This document shows, piece by piece, positions 16,521 through 26,087 of a stretch of DNA of 37,933 nucleotides. Made by a program: the position numbers and the translations under genes. Where the stretch lies: the sequence record DRR723986_4851. One strand, 5' to 3'. Position 1 is the stretch's first letter. The number at the start of each line of letters is the position of its first letter. The notes beneath the pieces were generated by a model. That model did no database searches, was not told the DNA's origin, and saw only the letters and a program-made list of their open reading frames with translations.

Positions 16521-18188
16521 ATGTCAAACCTGTTGCGTGCTGGCCTGCTGATGCTGGGCCTGGGGCTGAACTGCCTGGCTGTCGCCGCAGAGCGGCCGAA
16601 TATCATCATCATGCTGGCCGACGATCTCGGCTGGAACGACGTCGGCTACCACGGGGGACCGATCGACACCCCGTCGCTGGACCGACTGGCGGCCGAGGGC
16701 ATGCAACTCGACCGTTTCTATACCTCGCCGATCTGCTCCCCGACCCGGGCGGCACTGATGACCGGCCGGGACCCGATCCGGCTGGGTGTTGCCTATGCCG
16801 TCATCATGCCGTGGATGAACCAGGGCATTCACCCGGACGAGCGGTTCATGCCGGAGAGCTTCCTCAATGCGGGCTACCAGACCGCCATGGTGGGCAAGTG
16901 GCACCTGGGTCACGCGCAGCAGGACTTCCACCCCAATAACCGCGGTTTCGAACACTTCTACGGCCACCTGCACACCGAAGTCGGCTACTTCCCGCCATTT
17001 TCCAACCAGGGCGGTCGGGACTTCCAGGAAAACGGCGTATCCATCGAGAAGGAAGGCTACGAGACCTACCTGCTCGCGGATGAGGTATCGCGCTACATCC
17101 GCGAGCGCGACCGCGACAAGCCGTTCTTCGTCTACATGCCATTCATTGCGCCCCACACCCCCCTGGAGGCCCCGGATGATCTGGTGGAGAAGTACAAGGA
17201 CCTGGTGGATGACCGCGGTCCGACCCGCGCCGCCAACACCGACAACTCGCGGCGGATACGCCAGCTGACCATGCGCCCCAGCGCACGCCCGATGTTCGCC
17301 GCTGTGGTCGAGGCCATGGACCAGGCCGTGGGCCAGGTGCTGCAGACCCTGGACAGTGAAGGCATCGCCGACAACACCATCGTGCTGTTTTTCTCCGACA
17401 ACGGCGGGGCCGCCTACGCCTCGGGGGGCGCCGATAACACGCCCCTGCGCGGCGGCAAGGGTGAGGCATTCGAAGGTGGAATCCGGGTTATTTCCCTGCT
17501 GCGCTGGCCAGACAGGATTCCGGCGGCGAGCAAAATGGAACAGATAATGACAGTAATGGACGTATTCCCCACCCTCGCCGCAGCGGCGGGGGTCGATGCC
17601 ACCACCGAGCGGCATCTGGACGGCCAGGACATGTGGCCTGCCATCAGTCGCGGGGTGGCCACCCCGCGCAAGCAAACCGTATTTTTTGGCTCGGAAACGC
17701 CGCTGCACGGGTCCTTCTCGCTCACCGCCTTCAACGAGCACTGGAAACTGGTGCAGGAGATAGAGCAGGACAACGAGGGTAGTACGATCACCAATCACCT
17801 GTTCCGAATCAAGGACGACCCTTACGAGTACAACAACCTGGCACAGGAATACCCGGCCGTGGTGCGTGAGCTGAGCGGCGAGATTCGCGACTGGCGGGCG
17901 CTCTACCCGATTGCCGGGGTGCGCTCGCAGCTGACCCCGCCGCCCGGCTGGCGCGCGCCGAAAGACTGGGCAAGCTGGCCGCGACCAGTGGAAAGTCTGC
18001 GCGATGAATACGCCCGCGGGATGCCGCCAAGCTACGCGCGTAAAATTCTCGACCGCCAGCACGGCAGCCGCGGGCGGTTGATCTACGATTGCGAACCCAA
18101 CTGGTTGGCGGCGGGCTTCTGCACCAACAAGGAAGTGAATCTGGCCACGGAAGAGACCGAGCGCAGCATCCCCGCAGAAACCCCCTGA
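16521..18188 (+). CDS. Exported Cys-type (formylglycine-dependent) arylsulfatase, family S1
   Basis: Signal peptide, PNIIIMLADDLG, CSPTRAALMTGR, GKWHLG, APHTP, FSDNGG, GGK...EGGIRV. Confidence 0.92.
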   Translation: MSNLLRAGLLMLGLGLNCLAVAAERPNIIIMLADDLGWNDVGYHGGPIDTPSLDRLAAEGMQLDRFYTSPICSPTRAALMTGRDPIRLGVAYAVIMPWMNQGIHPDERFMPESFLNAGYQTAMVGKWHLGHAQQDFHPNNRGFEHFYGHLHTEVGYFPPFSNQGGRDFQENGVSIEKEGYETYLLADEVSRYIRERDRDKPFFVYMPFIAPHTPLEAPDDLVEKYKDLVDDRGPTRAANTDNSRRIRQLTMRPSARPMFAAVVEAMDQAVGQVLQTLDSEGIADNTIVLFFSDNGGAAYASGGADNTPLRGGKGEAFEGGIRVISLLRWPDRIPAASKMEQIMTVMDVFPTLAAAAGVDATTERHLDGQDMWPAISRGVATPRKQTVFFGSETPLHGSFSLTAFNEHWKLVQEIEQDNEGSTITNHLFRIKDDPYEYNNLAQEYPAVVRELSGEIRDWRALYPIAGVRSQLTPPPGWRAPKDWASWPRPVESLRDEYARGMPPSYARKILDRQHGSRGRLIYDCEPNWLAAGFCTNKEVNLATEETERSIPAETP

Positions 18189-18255
18189 GGGTAGCGCTTG
18201 GGCGGCACGGGCTTTTCGGTTAGCCTGTGCTGCCCGACTGTCACGGCTACCACCC

Positions 18256-20502
18256 TTGTTTTATCACCTGCTACTGACCGGCCTGCTGGCCCTGACACCC
18301 CTGATGGCCCACGCCGATGCCAGCTTCATCGGCAGCGCCAGCTGCGCCCAGTGCCACAGCACCGAATATCAGGACTGGCAGGGCTCCCACCACGACCTGG
18401 CGATGCAGCTACCCTCTGCCACCAGCGTGCTCGGCGATTTCAATGAGGCCAGCTTCAGCTATAACGGCGTTACCACCCGCTTCTACACCCGTGACGGCCA
18501 GTACTTCGTGCGCACCGATGGTGAGGACGGTAAGCTGACCGAGTTCCCGGTGCGCTATGTGTTCGGCGTCTACCCGTTACAGCAGTATCTGTTACCTCTG
18601 GATCGAGGTCGCCTGCAGGCGCTGAGCATTGCCTGGGATGCCCGGCCGGCGAGCGAAGGCGGCCAGCGCTGGTACCACCTCTACCCGGACGAGACCGTTG
18701 ACTACCGCGACCCGCTGCACTGGACCGGTCCCTACCAGAACTGGAACACTCGCTGCGCCGAATGCCACAGCACCAACGTCCAGAAAAATTACGACGCGCC
18801 GAGCCGCAGCTTCACCACCAGCTTTGACGAGGTCAATGTGGGCTGCGAGGGCTGCCACGGCCCCGGGTCAAACCACGTGCAGCTGGCCCGATCAGGAGGC
18901 CTGGACCAGGCGCCGCACCGTGGGTTTGAGCTGAATCTGGCCCAGCGCGGGGAATGGACCTTCGAAGGCCAGGACGGTATTGCGAGGCGCCGCAGTGCGC
19001 TGGATTCGGATACCCAGATTGATAACTGCGCACGCTGTCACGCGCGGCGCAGCACCCTCGGCGATTACCACTATGGTGCCGACCTGCTCGACACACACCG
19101 CCTGTCCATGCTGCAGTCGACCCTGTACCACCCCGACGGCCAGATCCTGGATGAGGTCTACGTCTACGGCTCTTTCGTGCAAAGCAAGATGCACCAGGCA
19201 GGCGTGGTCTGCAGCAACTGTCACGAGCCGCACAGCAATCGCCTGCGAGCCCCGGACAATGGCGTTTGCGCCCAGTGCCACCTGCCCGAGCGCTACGACG
19301 CCCCAACACACCATCACCACCCGGTGGCCAGTACCGGTGCCCTGTGCGCCAACTGTCACATGCCGGAGACCAACTACATGGGCGTAGACCCGCGCCGTGA
19401 CCACAGCATGCGCATTCCGCGCCCGGACCTCAGCCTGATGACCGGGGTACCCAATGCCTGCACCCAATGCCACAGCGAGCAGAGCGCAGACTGGGCCCTG
19501 GCCGCGCTGCGCTCCTGGGATGTGTCGTTCGGCGACAGTTCCAGCCACCCCGCGCGGGCTTTTCATGCGCTTGACCGCGGCGACAGTCGCGCTGTGCCGC
19601 GGCTAGCGGAGCTGGCGGCGGACACCGGCGCGGCGCCCATTTACCGCGCCTCTGCGCTGGAGGCCATCGGCCAGTTCGGCGCCCGCGAGACGGTGCCGCT
19701 GGCCCAGGAACTGCTGCAATCGTCGGATGCCATGCTCCGCGCCAGCGCGGTACGCAGCCTGCAGGGGCTGCCCGTGCCGCAGCGCTACAGCCTGCTGCAA
19801 GCGCTAATGGATGACCCGGTCACCACGGTGAGGATGGAAGTGGCTTCAAGCCTGGCATCGGTGCCCCTGGACCGAGTGAGCCCTGCCGAGGCGGAGGCCC
19901 TGCTGCAGCTGTTCGGGGAATACCGAATGCTGCAGCTGGAACATGCAGATATGCCATCGATCCAGATGCAGCTGGCCCTGTTCTACAGTGCCCGAGGGGA
20001 TTTCCCCTCGGCAGAAGCTGCCTACCGGGAGGCCCTTACCCTGAATCCGCAGCTGGTACCCGCGTACCTCAACCTGGCCGACCTGTTGCGCGGCCTGCAA
20101 CGGGAGAGCGAGGCAAGAGCACTGCTGGAACAGGCCATGGCCATCGCTCCGGAGAACGGGGCGACTTTGCATGCGCTCGGACTGCTGGAGACCCGCGGCG
20201 GGAACCGTGATGCGGCGCTGGACTTGCTCGGTCGCGCCGCCGCAGTGGAAAGCCAGGGCACCCGACACCGCTTCGTCTACGCCATCGCGCTACACGATCT
20301 GGGGCAGCCTGCTGAGGCAATCAGGCAACTGGAAGCCTTGAACCGCTCAGTGCCGGATAATGAAGATGTGTTATTAGCGCTGGCGAATTACAGCGCCGCC
20401 CAGGGGCAGAAGGAGCGCGCCCTGGCCTACGCCACGCGGCTGGTAGAACTGGCGCCGGACAACCGTGGCTACCGACAGCTACTGGGGCAGCTGGGTCGCT
20501 AG
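18256..20502 (+). CDS. Exported multiheme (8 CxxCH) cytochrome c with C-terminal HEAT/TPR repeats
   Basis: Signal peptide; CAQCH, CAECH, CEGCH, CARCH, CSNCH, CAQCH, CANCH, CTQCH; TPR-like AEAAYREALTLNP, AYLNLADL. TTG start uncertain. Confidence 0.88.
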   Translation: MFYHLLLTGLLALTPLMAHADASFIGSASCAQCHSTEYQDWQGSHHDLAMQLPSATSVLGDFNEASFSYNGVTTRFYTRDGQYFVRTDGEDGKLTEFPVRYVFGVYPLQQYLLPLDRGRLQALSIAWDARPASEGGQRWYHLYPDETVDYRDPLHWTGPYQNWNTRCAECHSTNVQKNYDAPSRSFTTSFDEVNVGCEGCHGPGSNHVQLARSGGLDQAPHRGFELNLAQRGEWTFEGQDGIARRRSALDSDTQIDNCARCHARRSTLGDYHYGADLLDTHRLSMLQSTLYHPDGQILDEVYVYGSFVQSKMHQAGVVCSNCHEPHSNRLRAPDNGVCAQCHLPERYDAPTHHHHPVASTGALCANCHMPETNYMGVDPRRDHSMRIPRPDLSLMTGVPNACTQCHSEQSADWALAALRSWDVSFGDSSSHPARAFHALDRGDSRAVPRLAELAADTGAAPIYRASALEAIGQFGARETVPLAQELLQSSDAMLRASAVRSLQGLPVPQRYSLLQALMDDPVTTVRMEVASSLASVPLDRVSPAEAEALLQLFGEYRMLQLEHADMPSIQMQLALFYSARGDFPSAEAAYREALTLNPQLVPAYLNLADLLRGLQRESEARALLEQAMAIAPENGATLHALGLLETRGGNRDAALDLLGRAAAVESQGTRHRFVYAIALHDLGQPAEAIRQLEALNRSVPDNEDVLLALANYSAAQGQKERALAYATRLVELAPDNRGYRQLLGQLGR

Positions 20503-20517
20503 GCCCGGGATCGCGGT

Positions 20518-21111
20518 TCAACCGCCAGTTACGGGACTGAATACCAGATTCAGGGTGACGGGTACCGCACCGCTGATGCTGTTGAGCCCGGCGATTTCCC
20601 GCAGGGCGGTAACCCCCGCCTCCAGGCCGAAGTTGGCGGCGTTGATGAGCACTGGCCGGGCGCTGACCACCCGCAGATGACCCCCGGGCTCCCCCATTAC
20701 CACTACTGGCACAACGAGCAGCGCATCCTGGCCGTGCAAGGACAGGCCAACCTGTACGTCTGCGGTGATAACCCCGCCCTGGCTTGCCGCCTCGATGATG
20801 CCGGGATCAACCTGCGCCGTCACATTCGCGGTCGGGAAACTGGCGGTCTCAAACAACAGCTCGCGCATCCGCTCGTTGCGGATGGGAATCAGGGTTTCGA
20901 CGCTGTCCAGGTCGATCCCGAGCTGGACCTTCCCATCGGCGCCGATATAGCCGACCAGCGAGCCGAAGCTGTGGGTCTCGGCCACCACATCGTTCTTGAT
21001 AGAAATAAAGTTGACGCTGGAGCGATCGTTGTCGATTTCCCACTGGGCGTGGCCGGCCAACGGCAGCAGGGCCAGGCAGATCGCCGCGGCAAGTTTCACA
21101 ATCTGGTGCAT
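20518..21111 (-). CDS. YceI-family periplasmic lipid/polyisoprenoid-binding protein
   Basis: Signal peptide, W.ID...S.V.F.S.KN, IDL.SVET.IPIRNERMR..LFE; GAGGGAGG RBS. Confidence 0.88.
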   Translation of the reverse strand: MHQIVKLAAAICLALLPLAGHAQWEIDNDRSSVNFISIKNDVVAETHSFGSLVGYIGADGKVQLGIDLDSVETLIPIRNERMRELLFETASFPTANVTAQVDPGIIEAASQGGVITADVQVGLSLHGQDALLVVPVVVMGEPGGHLRVVSARPVLINAANFGLEAGVTALREIAGLNSISGAVPVTLNLVFSPVTGG

Positions 21112-21170
21112 GGGTTTCCTCCCTCTTCGATGAATGGGACAGGCAATCCGGAACTGCAATTGTAGCCGAA

Positions 21171-23060
21171 TCAGGCTACCACATCGGCCAGGTCGCCTTT
21201 CTTCTCCAGCCAGGCCTTGCGATCGCCGGCCCGTTTCTTGGCCAGCAGCATGTCGAGCATGTTGTTGGTACCGTCCCCGGCATCCAGCACCAGGCGTACC
21301 AGGCGACGGGTATCCGGGTCCATGGTGGTTTCGCGCAGTTGCAGTGGGTTCATCTCACCGAGGCCCTTGAACCGCTGCACGTTAACCTTGCCCCTCTTTT
21401 TCTCCGCCTCGATCCGGTCGAGCACACCCTGTTTCTCGCCCTCGTCCAGGGCGTAGAACACCTCTTTGCCCACATCGATCCGGTACAGGGGCGGCATGGC
21501 AACAAACACGTGACCTGCGGCTACCAGCGGCCGGAAGTGGCGCACGAACAGAGCGCAGATCAACGTCGCGATGTGCAGACCGTCGGAATCCGCGTCAGCG
21601 AGAATGCAGACCTTGTGGTAACGCAGTCCGGAGAGGTCATCGCTGGCGGGATCAATGCCCAGGGCGATGGAGATATTGTGCACTTCCTGCGAGGCGAGGA
21701 TTTCCTGGGAGTCCACTTCCCAGGTATTGAGGATCTTCCCGCGCAGCGGCAGGATGGCCTGGAACTCCCGGTCCCGGGCCTGCTTGGCCGAACCTCCGGC
21801 AGAGTCTCCCTCCACCAGGAACAGCTCGCCCCGCTCCGGGTCTTCCCCCGAACAGTCCGCCAGCTTGCCGGGCAGGGCAGGTCCTGCCGACACTTTTTTA
21901 CGGGTGACTTTCTTGGCCGAGCGCAGGCGGCTCTGGGCATTATTGATGCACAGCTCGGCGAGCCGTTCCGCGTCACCGGTATGCTGGTTCAACCACAGGC
22001 TGAATGCATCCTTGGCCACCCCGGAAACAAAGGCTGCCGCCTCGCGGGACGACAGCCGCTCCTTGGTCTGGCCGGAAAACTGCGGGTCTTCGAGTTTAGA
22101 CGACAGCACATAACAGCAGCGCTCCCAGATGTCATCCGGGGTGAGTTTAACGCCACGCGGCAGCAGGTTGCGCAGTTCGCAGAACTCGCGCATCGCATCG
22201 AGCAAGCCGGTGCGCAGGCCGTTGACGTGGGTACCGCCCTGGGAGGTGGGAATCAGGTTGACGTAGGATTCCGCGATAACCTCACCACCCTCCGGCAACC
22301 ATTGCACCGCCCAGTCCACGGCCTCGGTGGTGCCGCTGAAACTGCCGACAAAGGGCTCCTCCGGGATGCAGGGAAAATCGATTGTGGCATCAGCCAGGTA
22401 GTCGGTGAGGCCGTCCTCGTAGTACCACTCGTCGGTCTCGCCCTTTTTCTCGTCCTTGAACCGCACTCGTAGGCCGGGACAGAGCACCGCCTTGGCGCGC
22501 AGCACATGGCGCAGGCGCGAAACCGAAAAGTTGACCGAGTCGAAATATTTCGGGTCCGGCGTGAACTGCACGGAGGTCCCGGTATTGCGCTTGCCGCAGC
22601 TGTCCACAACCTGGAGATCGGACTTTTTTTCTCCACCGGCGAAGTGCATTTCATACACACTCCCATCCCGGCGGATGGTGACCTTCAACGCACTCGACAG
22701 GGCGTTGACCACCGACACGCCCACCCCGTGCAGGCCGCCGCTGAACTGGTAGTTCTTGGAGGAAAACTTGCCCCCGGCGTGCAGGGTGCAAAGGATGACT
22801 TCGACCCCCGGCTTACCTTGTTCGGGGTGTATATCGACCGGCATACCGCGGCCATTGTCACCCACCGACAGCGACCCGTCCTTGTGCAGGGTCACGTCGA
22901 CCAGGTCGGCGTGGCCGGCCAGCGCCTCGTCGACGCTGTTATCGATGACTTCCTGGGCCAGGTGATTGGGGCGGGTTGTATCGGTGTACATACCCGGACG
23001 TTTGCGAACCGGTTCGAGACCGGTGAGGACTTCGATATCCTCGGCAGTGTACTGGCTCAT
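21171..23060 (-). CDS. parE: DNA topoisomerase IV subunit B
   Basis: EVLTGLEPVRKRPGMY, EVIDNSVDE, GGLHGVGVSVVNALS, EGDSAGGSAKQ, PLRGKILN, DADSDG.HI, QRFKGLGEM. Confidence 0.97.
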   Translation of the reverse strand: MSQYTAEDIEVLTGLEPVRKRPGMYTDTTRPNHLAQEVIDNSVDEALAGHADLVDVTLHKDGSLSVGDNGRGMPVDIHPEQGKPGVEVILCTLHAGGKFSSKNYQFSGGLHGVGVSVVNALSSALKVTIRRDGSVYEMHFAGGEKKSDLQVVDSCGKRNTGTSVQFTPDPKYFDSVNFSVSRLRHVLRAKAVLCPGLRVRFKDEKKGETDEWYYEDGLTDYLADATIDFPCIPEEPFVGSFSGTTEAVDWAVQWLPEGGEVIAESYVNLIPTSQGGTHVNGLRTGLLDAMREFCELRNLLPRGVKLTPDDIWERCCYVLSSKLEDPQFSGQTKERLSSREAAAFVSGVAKDAFSLWLNQHTGDAERLAELCINNAQSRLRSAKKVTRKKVSAGPALPGKLADCSGEDPERGELFLVEGDSAGGSAKQARDREFQAILPLRGKILNTWEVDSQEILASQEVHNISIALGIDPASDDLSGLRYHKVCILADADSDGLHIATLICALFVRHFRPLVAAGHVFVAMPPLYRIDVGKEVFYALDEGEKQGVLDRIEAEKKRGKVNVQRFKGLGEMNPLQLRETTMDPDTRRLVRLVLDAGDGTNNMLDMLLAKKRAGDRKAWLEKKGDLADVVA

Positions 23061-23132
23061 TCCTGGGGCTGGCTTCCCGCTGTTACTGGAGCGGCCATTG
23101 TACATCAGCGCGGCACGCTGTAACGGTCCGGC

Positions 23133-23960
23133 TCAAAGATATCCGCCGGATTCCAGGTCTGGCGCGAAGACGACATCGGTTACCCGGGAGACCCCGGTGT
23201 TGATCCGCCCGTCCGGATGCAACTCCAGCCAGCGGTAACCGGGTGCAGTGGCATCGGCCTTGAACTCTAGCTGCCCCGGCGCAAACTGGACGCAGGTGGA
23301 GGGGGAAGCCATCAGTGCCACCCCGTTGCGCTGGCGATTGATCTCCTGGTGGACATGCCCCCAGAGAACACCCCGCACATGATCGTGCCGGTCCAGGAAG
23401 GTGAACAACGCGTCCGCATCGACCACCATCTGCTCGTCCAGCCAGGCACAGCCCACGGCGACCGGTTGGTGATGCAGGCAAACCAGCACAAACTGCTCCC
23501 GGCTTCGCGCCAGCTGCAGGCAGTCGTTAAGCAGCGCCAGCTGGTCGGCACCCAGTTCTCCACCCACCTCGCCCGGCACCTGGGAATCCAGCATAACCAC
23601 CAGCCAGCGACCAAAATCCAGGCTTTGTGGCAGCCGCTCTTCGCCGGCGGCAAGCACCATGTTGGCGCGGTCATCGTGGTTCCCCGGCAGCCAGTAGTGG
23701 CGCTGGTCGATCTGGTTGAAGTAATCCACCAACCGGCGGTAGGCAGGCTCCGCGCCCTGGTCAGAGAGATCCCCCGTGCCCAGCAGCGCATCCACCTCTG
23801 GCCGCTCGCGCCGTACGAGGTCGACCACTGCCTGCAGCGAGGCGTCGGTATCTACATTGAGCAGGGTTCCCCCCTGTGCCGCACACAGGTGGGTGTCGGT
23901 CAGTTGCACCAGTTGCACCACGTCCGACCGGGGATTGATGTGAACAGAAGACAAGGTCAT
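23133..23960 (-). CDS. cpdA: 3',5'-cyclic AMP phosphodiesterase
   Basis: TDTHL, TGDLS, PGNHD, LHH.P, WGHVHQ, SPSTCVQF, PGYRWL; synteny with parE and yqiB. Confidence 0.92.
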   Translation of the reverse strand: MTLSSVHINPRSDVVQLVQLTDTHLCAAQGGTLLNVDTDASLQAVVDLVRRERPEVDALLGTGDLSDQGAEPAYRRLVDYFNQIDQRHYWLPGNHDDRANMVLAAGEERLPQSLDFGRWLVVMLDSQVPGEVGGELGADQLALLNDCLQLARSREQFVLVCLHHQPVAVGCAWLDEQMVVDADALFTFLDRHDHVRGVLWGHVHQEINRQRNGVALMASPSTCVQFAPGQLEFKADATAPGYRWLELHPDGRINTGVSRVTDVVFAPDLESGGYL

Positions 23961-23989
23961 TGGGACCGAAACCGCCGCCGGGCGCGCAT

Positions 23990-24442
23990 TCAGGCTCCCG
24001 GAGTGGGTGCCTGAACCTCCATTGCGCTGCGGCCATTGTCCAGGCAATGGGACAACCAGTCTGCGAGAAAATGATTCTGCTGGCTCTTCTCGTCCTCCTG
24101 GTACATCCGGTCATTGGGGTACTGATAGCGCGCCTGGACGCGGCCGTGGGACTGGAAAGAGCCCACTTCAAGCATGCCCGCATCGTGGTAGGCGCGCACC
24201 TCAACCCGCATCATGCCCAGCCACTCTGCTTCCGCATGGTGCTGGAACAGGCGGAAAATGGTGGTATAGCGGCTGCGCTCGACGACCTCCAGCCGGATCC
24301 GCGCGCTACCCACATGGAAATCGCGGCAGTTGCTGGTTTCGTAATCCGGAAACAATCTCAGGAGGCGCACATAGTTGGCTTCGCAGACTGCATGCAGTGC
24401 CGCAAGATTGAGTTTATAGGACTGTTTGGCAGCCCGTTGCAC
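23990..24442 (-). CDS. yqiB: DUF1249 protein (YqiB-like)
   Basis: CEANY..LLRL, RYTT, YHDA.M.EV, YPN..M.Q.DEK.Q.N.FL.DWL..CL; GTG start after GGGAGG. Confidence 0.88.
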   Translation of the reverse strand: MQRAAKQSYKLNLAALHAVCEANYVRLLRLFPDYETSNCRDFHVGSARIRLEVVERSRYTTIFRLFQHHAEAEWLGMMRVEVRAYHDAGMLEVGSFQSHGRVQARYQYPNDRMYQEDEKSQQNHFLADWLSHCLDNGRSAMEVQAPTPGA

Positions 24443-24657
24443 CGTATAAAAGCCTCCCACCCGGAAAAAATGCGACGAATTCACAATCGCGCTCGACGAA
24501 CGGCCACGCAATGCATGGACGCTAAGAGAGTGTAGCACTTAAGATCGCAGAAACTACCGGCAAATTGTACGTTTATCGCGGCGGCAACCGGCATGCGCCG
24601 ATGCCGCGACGCTGCTACACTCTCGTCGTTACGCCCGACACCTACAGGGGAAACTCA

Positions 24658-26073
24658 ATGAAATACAAAAGTGCCGCGCTGCTCGCGCTGACACTCGCCT
24701 TCACTACCTACGGGCTGCAGGCTGAATCACTCCAGGACATCTATGAACTGGCCCTGGAAAACGATGCCCAGTTGCGGGCCGAGGAAGCCCAGTACCGAGC
24801 CAACCTCGAGGTCGAAAAGCTGGGCCTTTCCGCCCTGCTGCCCCAGCTCAATGCTAACTACAGCATCAGCAACCGGGACACCGACACGGAAGGCAACAGT
24901 ATCGAAATCAGCCCCGAGGGTGGGCTGAACCCGATCGATACCTTTACCAACACCGACCTGGATACCGACGGCTACGAGGTCCGCGTCGACCAGGCGCTGT
25001 TCGACCTGCCCGCCTGGTTTACCTTCCAGTCCGGCAAGGAATTTACTCGTCAGGCAGAAGCCACCTTCGCCGCTAACCAGCAGAACCTGATCGTGCGGGT
25101 GACCGAGGCCTACCTGCTGGTGCTGCGGGCACAGGATAATCTCGAGGCCTCGAAAGCCCAGGAGCGCGCTTTCGAACGCCAGCTCGAGCAGACCCAGCAA
25201 CGCTTCGAGGTCGGCCTGATCGCCATCACCGACGTCTATGAAGCACAGGCGGCCCACGACCTGTCGCGAGTCAACCGCATAGTGGACGAGAACAACGTGG
25301 CGGTAGCCCTGGAGCGCCTGTCGGTACTTACCGGGCAGCAACACAGCAATCTGCACGTGCTGAAAGAAGATTTTGAAATCGGCCCGCCCGAGCCAGCGGA
25401 TCGCTCGGCATGGGTGGAATTTGCCCTGGAGAACAACCTGTCACTGGCGGCAGCGCGCTACGCCGAGGAAGCCGCGCGTCAGAGCGCCAAGGCCAACCAG
25501 ATGGAGCATGCCCCGCGGGTGAGCGGCGGTTATGCCTATTCCGACTTCTCCACCGAGGGTGACCTTACCCGGCGCCCCAACACGGAGTTCGACGTGCCGC
25601 CGGACCAGGACCAGGAGCAGGAAATCTGGCAGATCCGGGTGGACGTGCCGCTGTATTCCGGCGGCGCGATCAGTGCCAACCGACGCCAGTCTGCCCAGGA
25701 GTTCAACGCCGCCCGGGAGCAGCGTATTAACCTGTCGCGCAACACGGTCACCGAGGCCCGCTCACGCCACATGACCGTCATGAGCGACGTGCAGCGGGTC
25801 GCCGCGCGCAAGCAGAGTATCGTGTCATCGAAAAGCGCGCTGGATGCCACCCAGGCCGGCTACGAGGTTGGCACGCGTAATGTGGTTGACGTGCTGAACG
25901 CACAAAACACCCTGTTCGCCGCCCAGCGCGATTACGCCAACAGCCGCTACGACTACATCATCAACCTGCTGCGCCTGAAGGAAAACGCCGGCCTGTTGAA
26001 CCCGCAGGATGTCTACAACCTCGACTCCTACCTGGTTCCGCCGCCGCCGCCGAGCTCGACCGACAGCGAGTAG
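24658..26073 (+). CDS. tolC: TolC outer membrane channel
   Basis: Signal peptide, LLPQL, QRFEVGLIAITDVYEAQA, VPLYSGG, AGYEVGTRNVVDVLNAQ; divergent from yqiB-cpdA-parE. Confidence 0.93.
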   Translation: MKYKSAALLALTLAFTTYGLQAESLQDIYELALENDAQLRAEEAQYRANLEVEKLGLSALLPQLNANYSISNRDTDTEGNSIEISPEGGLNPIDTFTNTDLDTDGYEVRVDQALFDLPAWFTFQSGKEFTRQAEATFAANQQNLIVRVTEAYLLVLRAQDNLEASKAQERAFERQLEQTQQRFEVGLIAITDVYEAQAAHDLSRVNRIVDENNVAVALERLSVLTGQQHSNLHVLKEDFEIGPPEPADRSAWVEFALENNLSLAAARYAEEAARQSAKANQMEHAPRVSGGYAYSDFSTEGDLTRRPNTEFDVPPDQDQEQEIWQIRVDVPLYSGGAISANRRQSAQEFNAAREQRINLSRNTVTEARSRHMTVMSDVQRVAARKQSIVSSKSALDATQAGYEVGTRNVVDVLNAQNTLFAAQRDYANSRYDYIINLLRLKENAGLLNPQDVYNLDSYLVPPPPPSSTDSE

Positions 26074-26087
26074 GAACCCGGCCTGAT

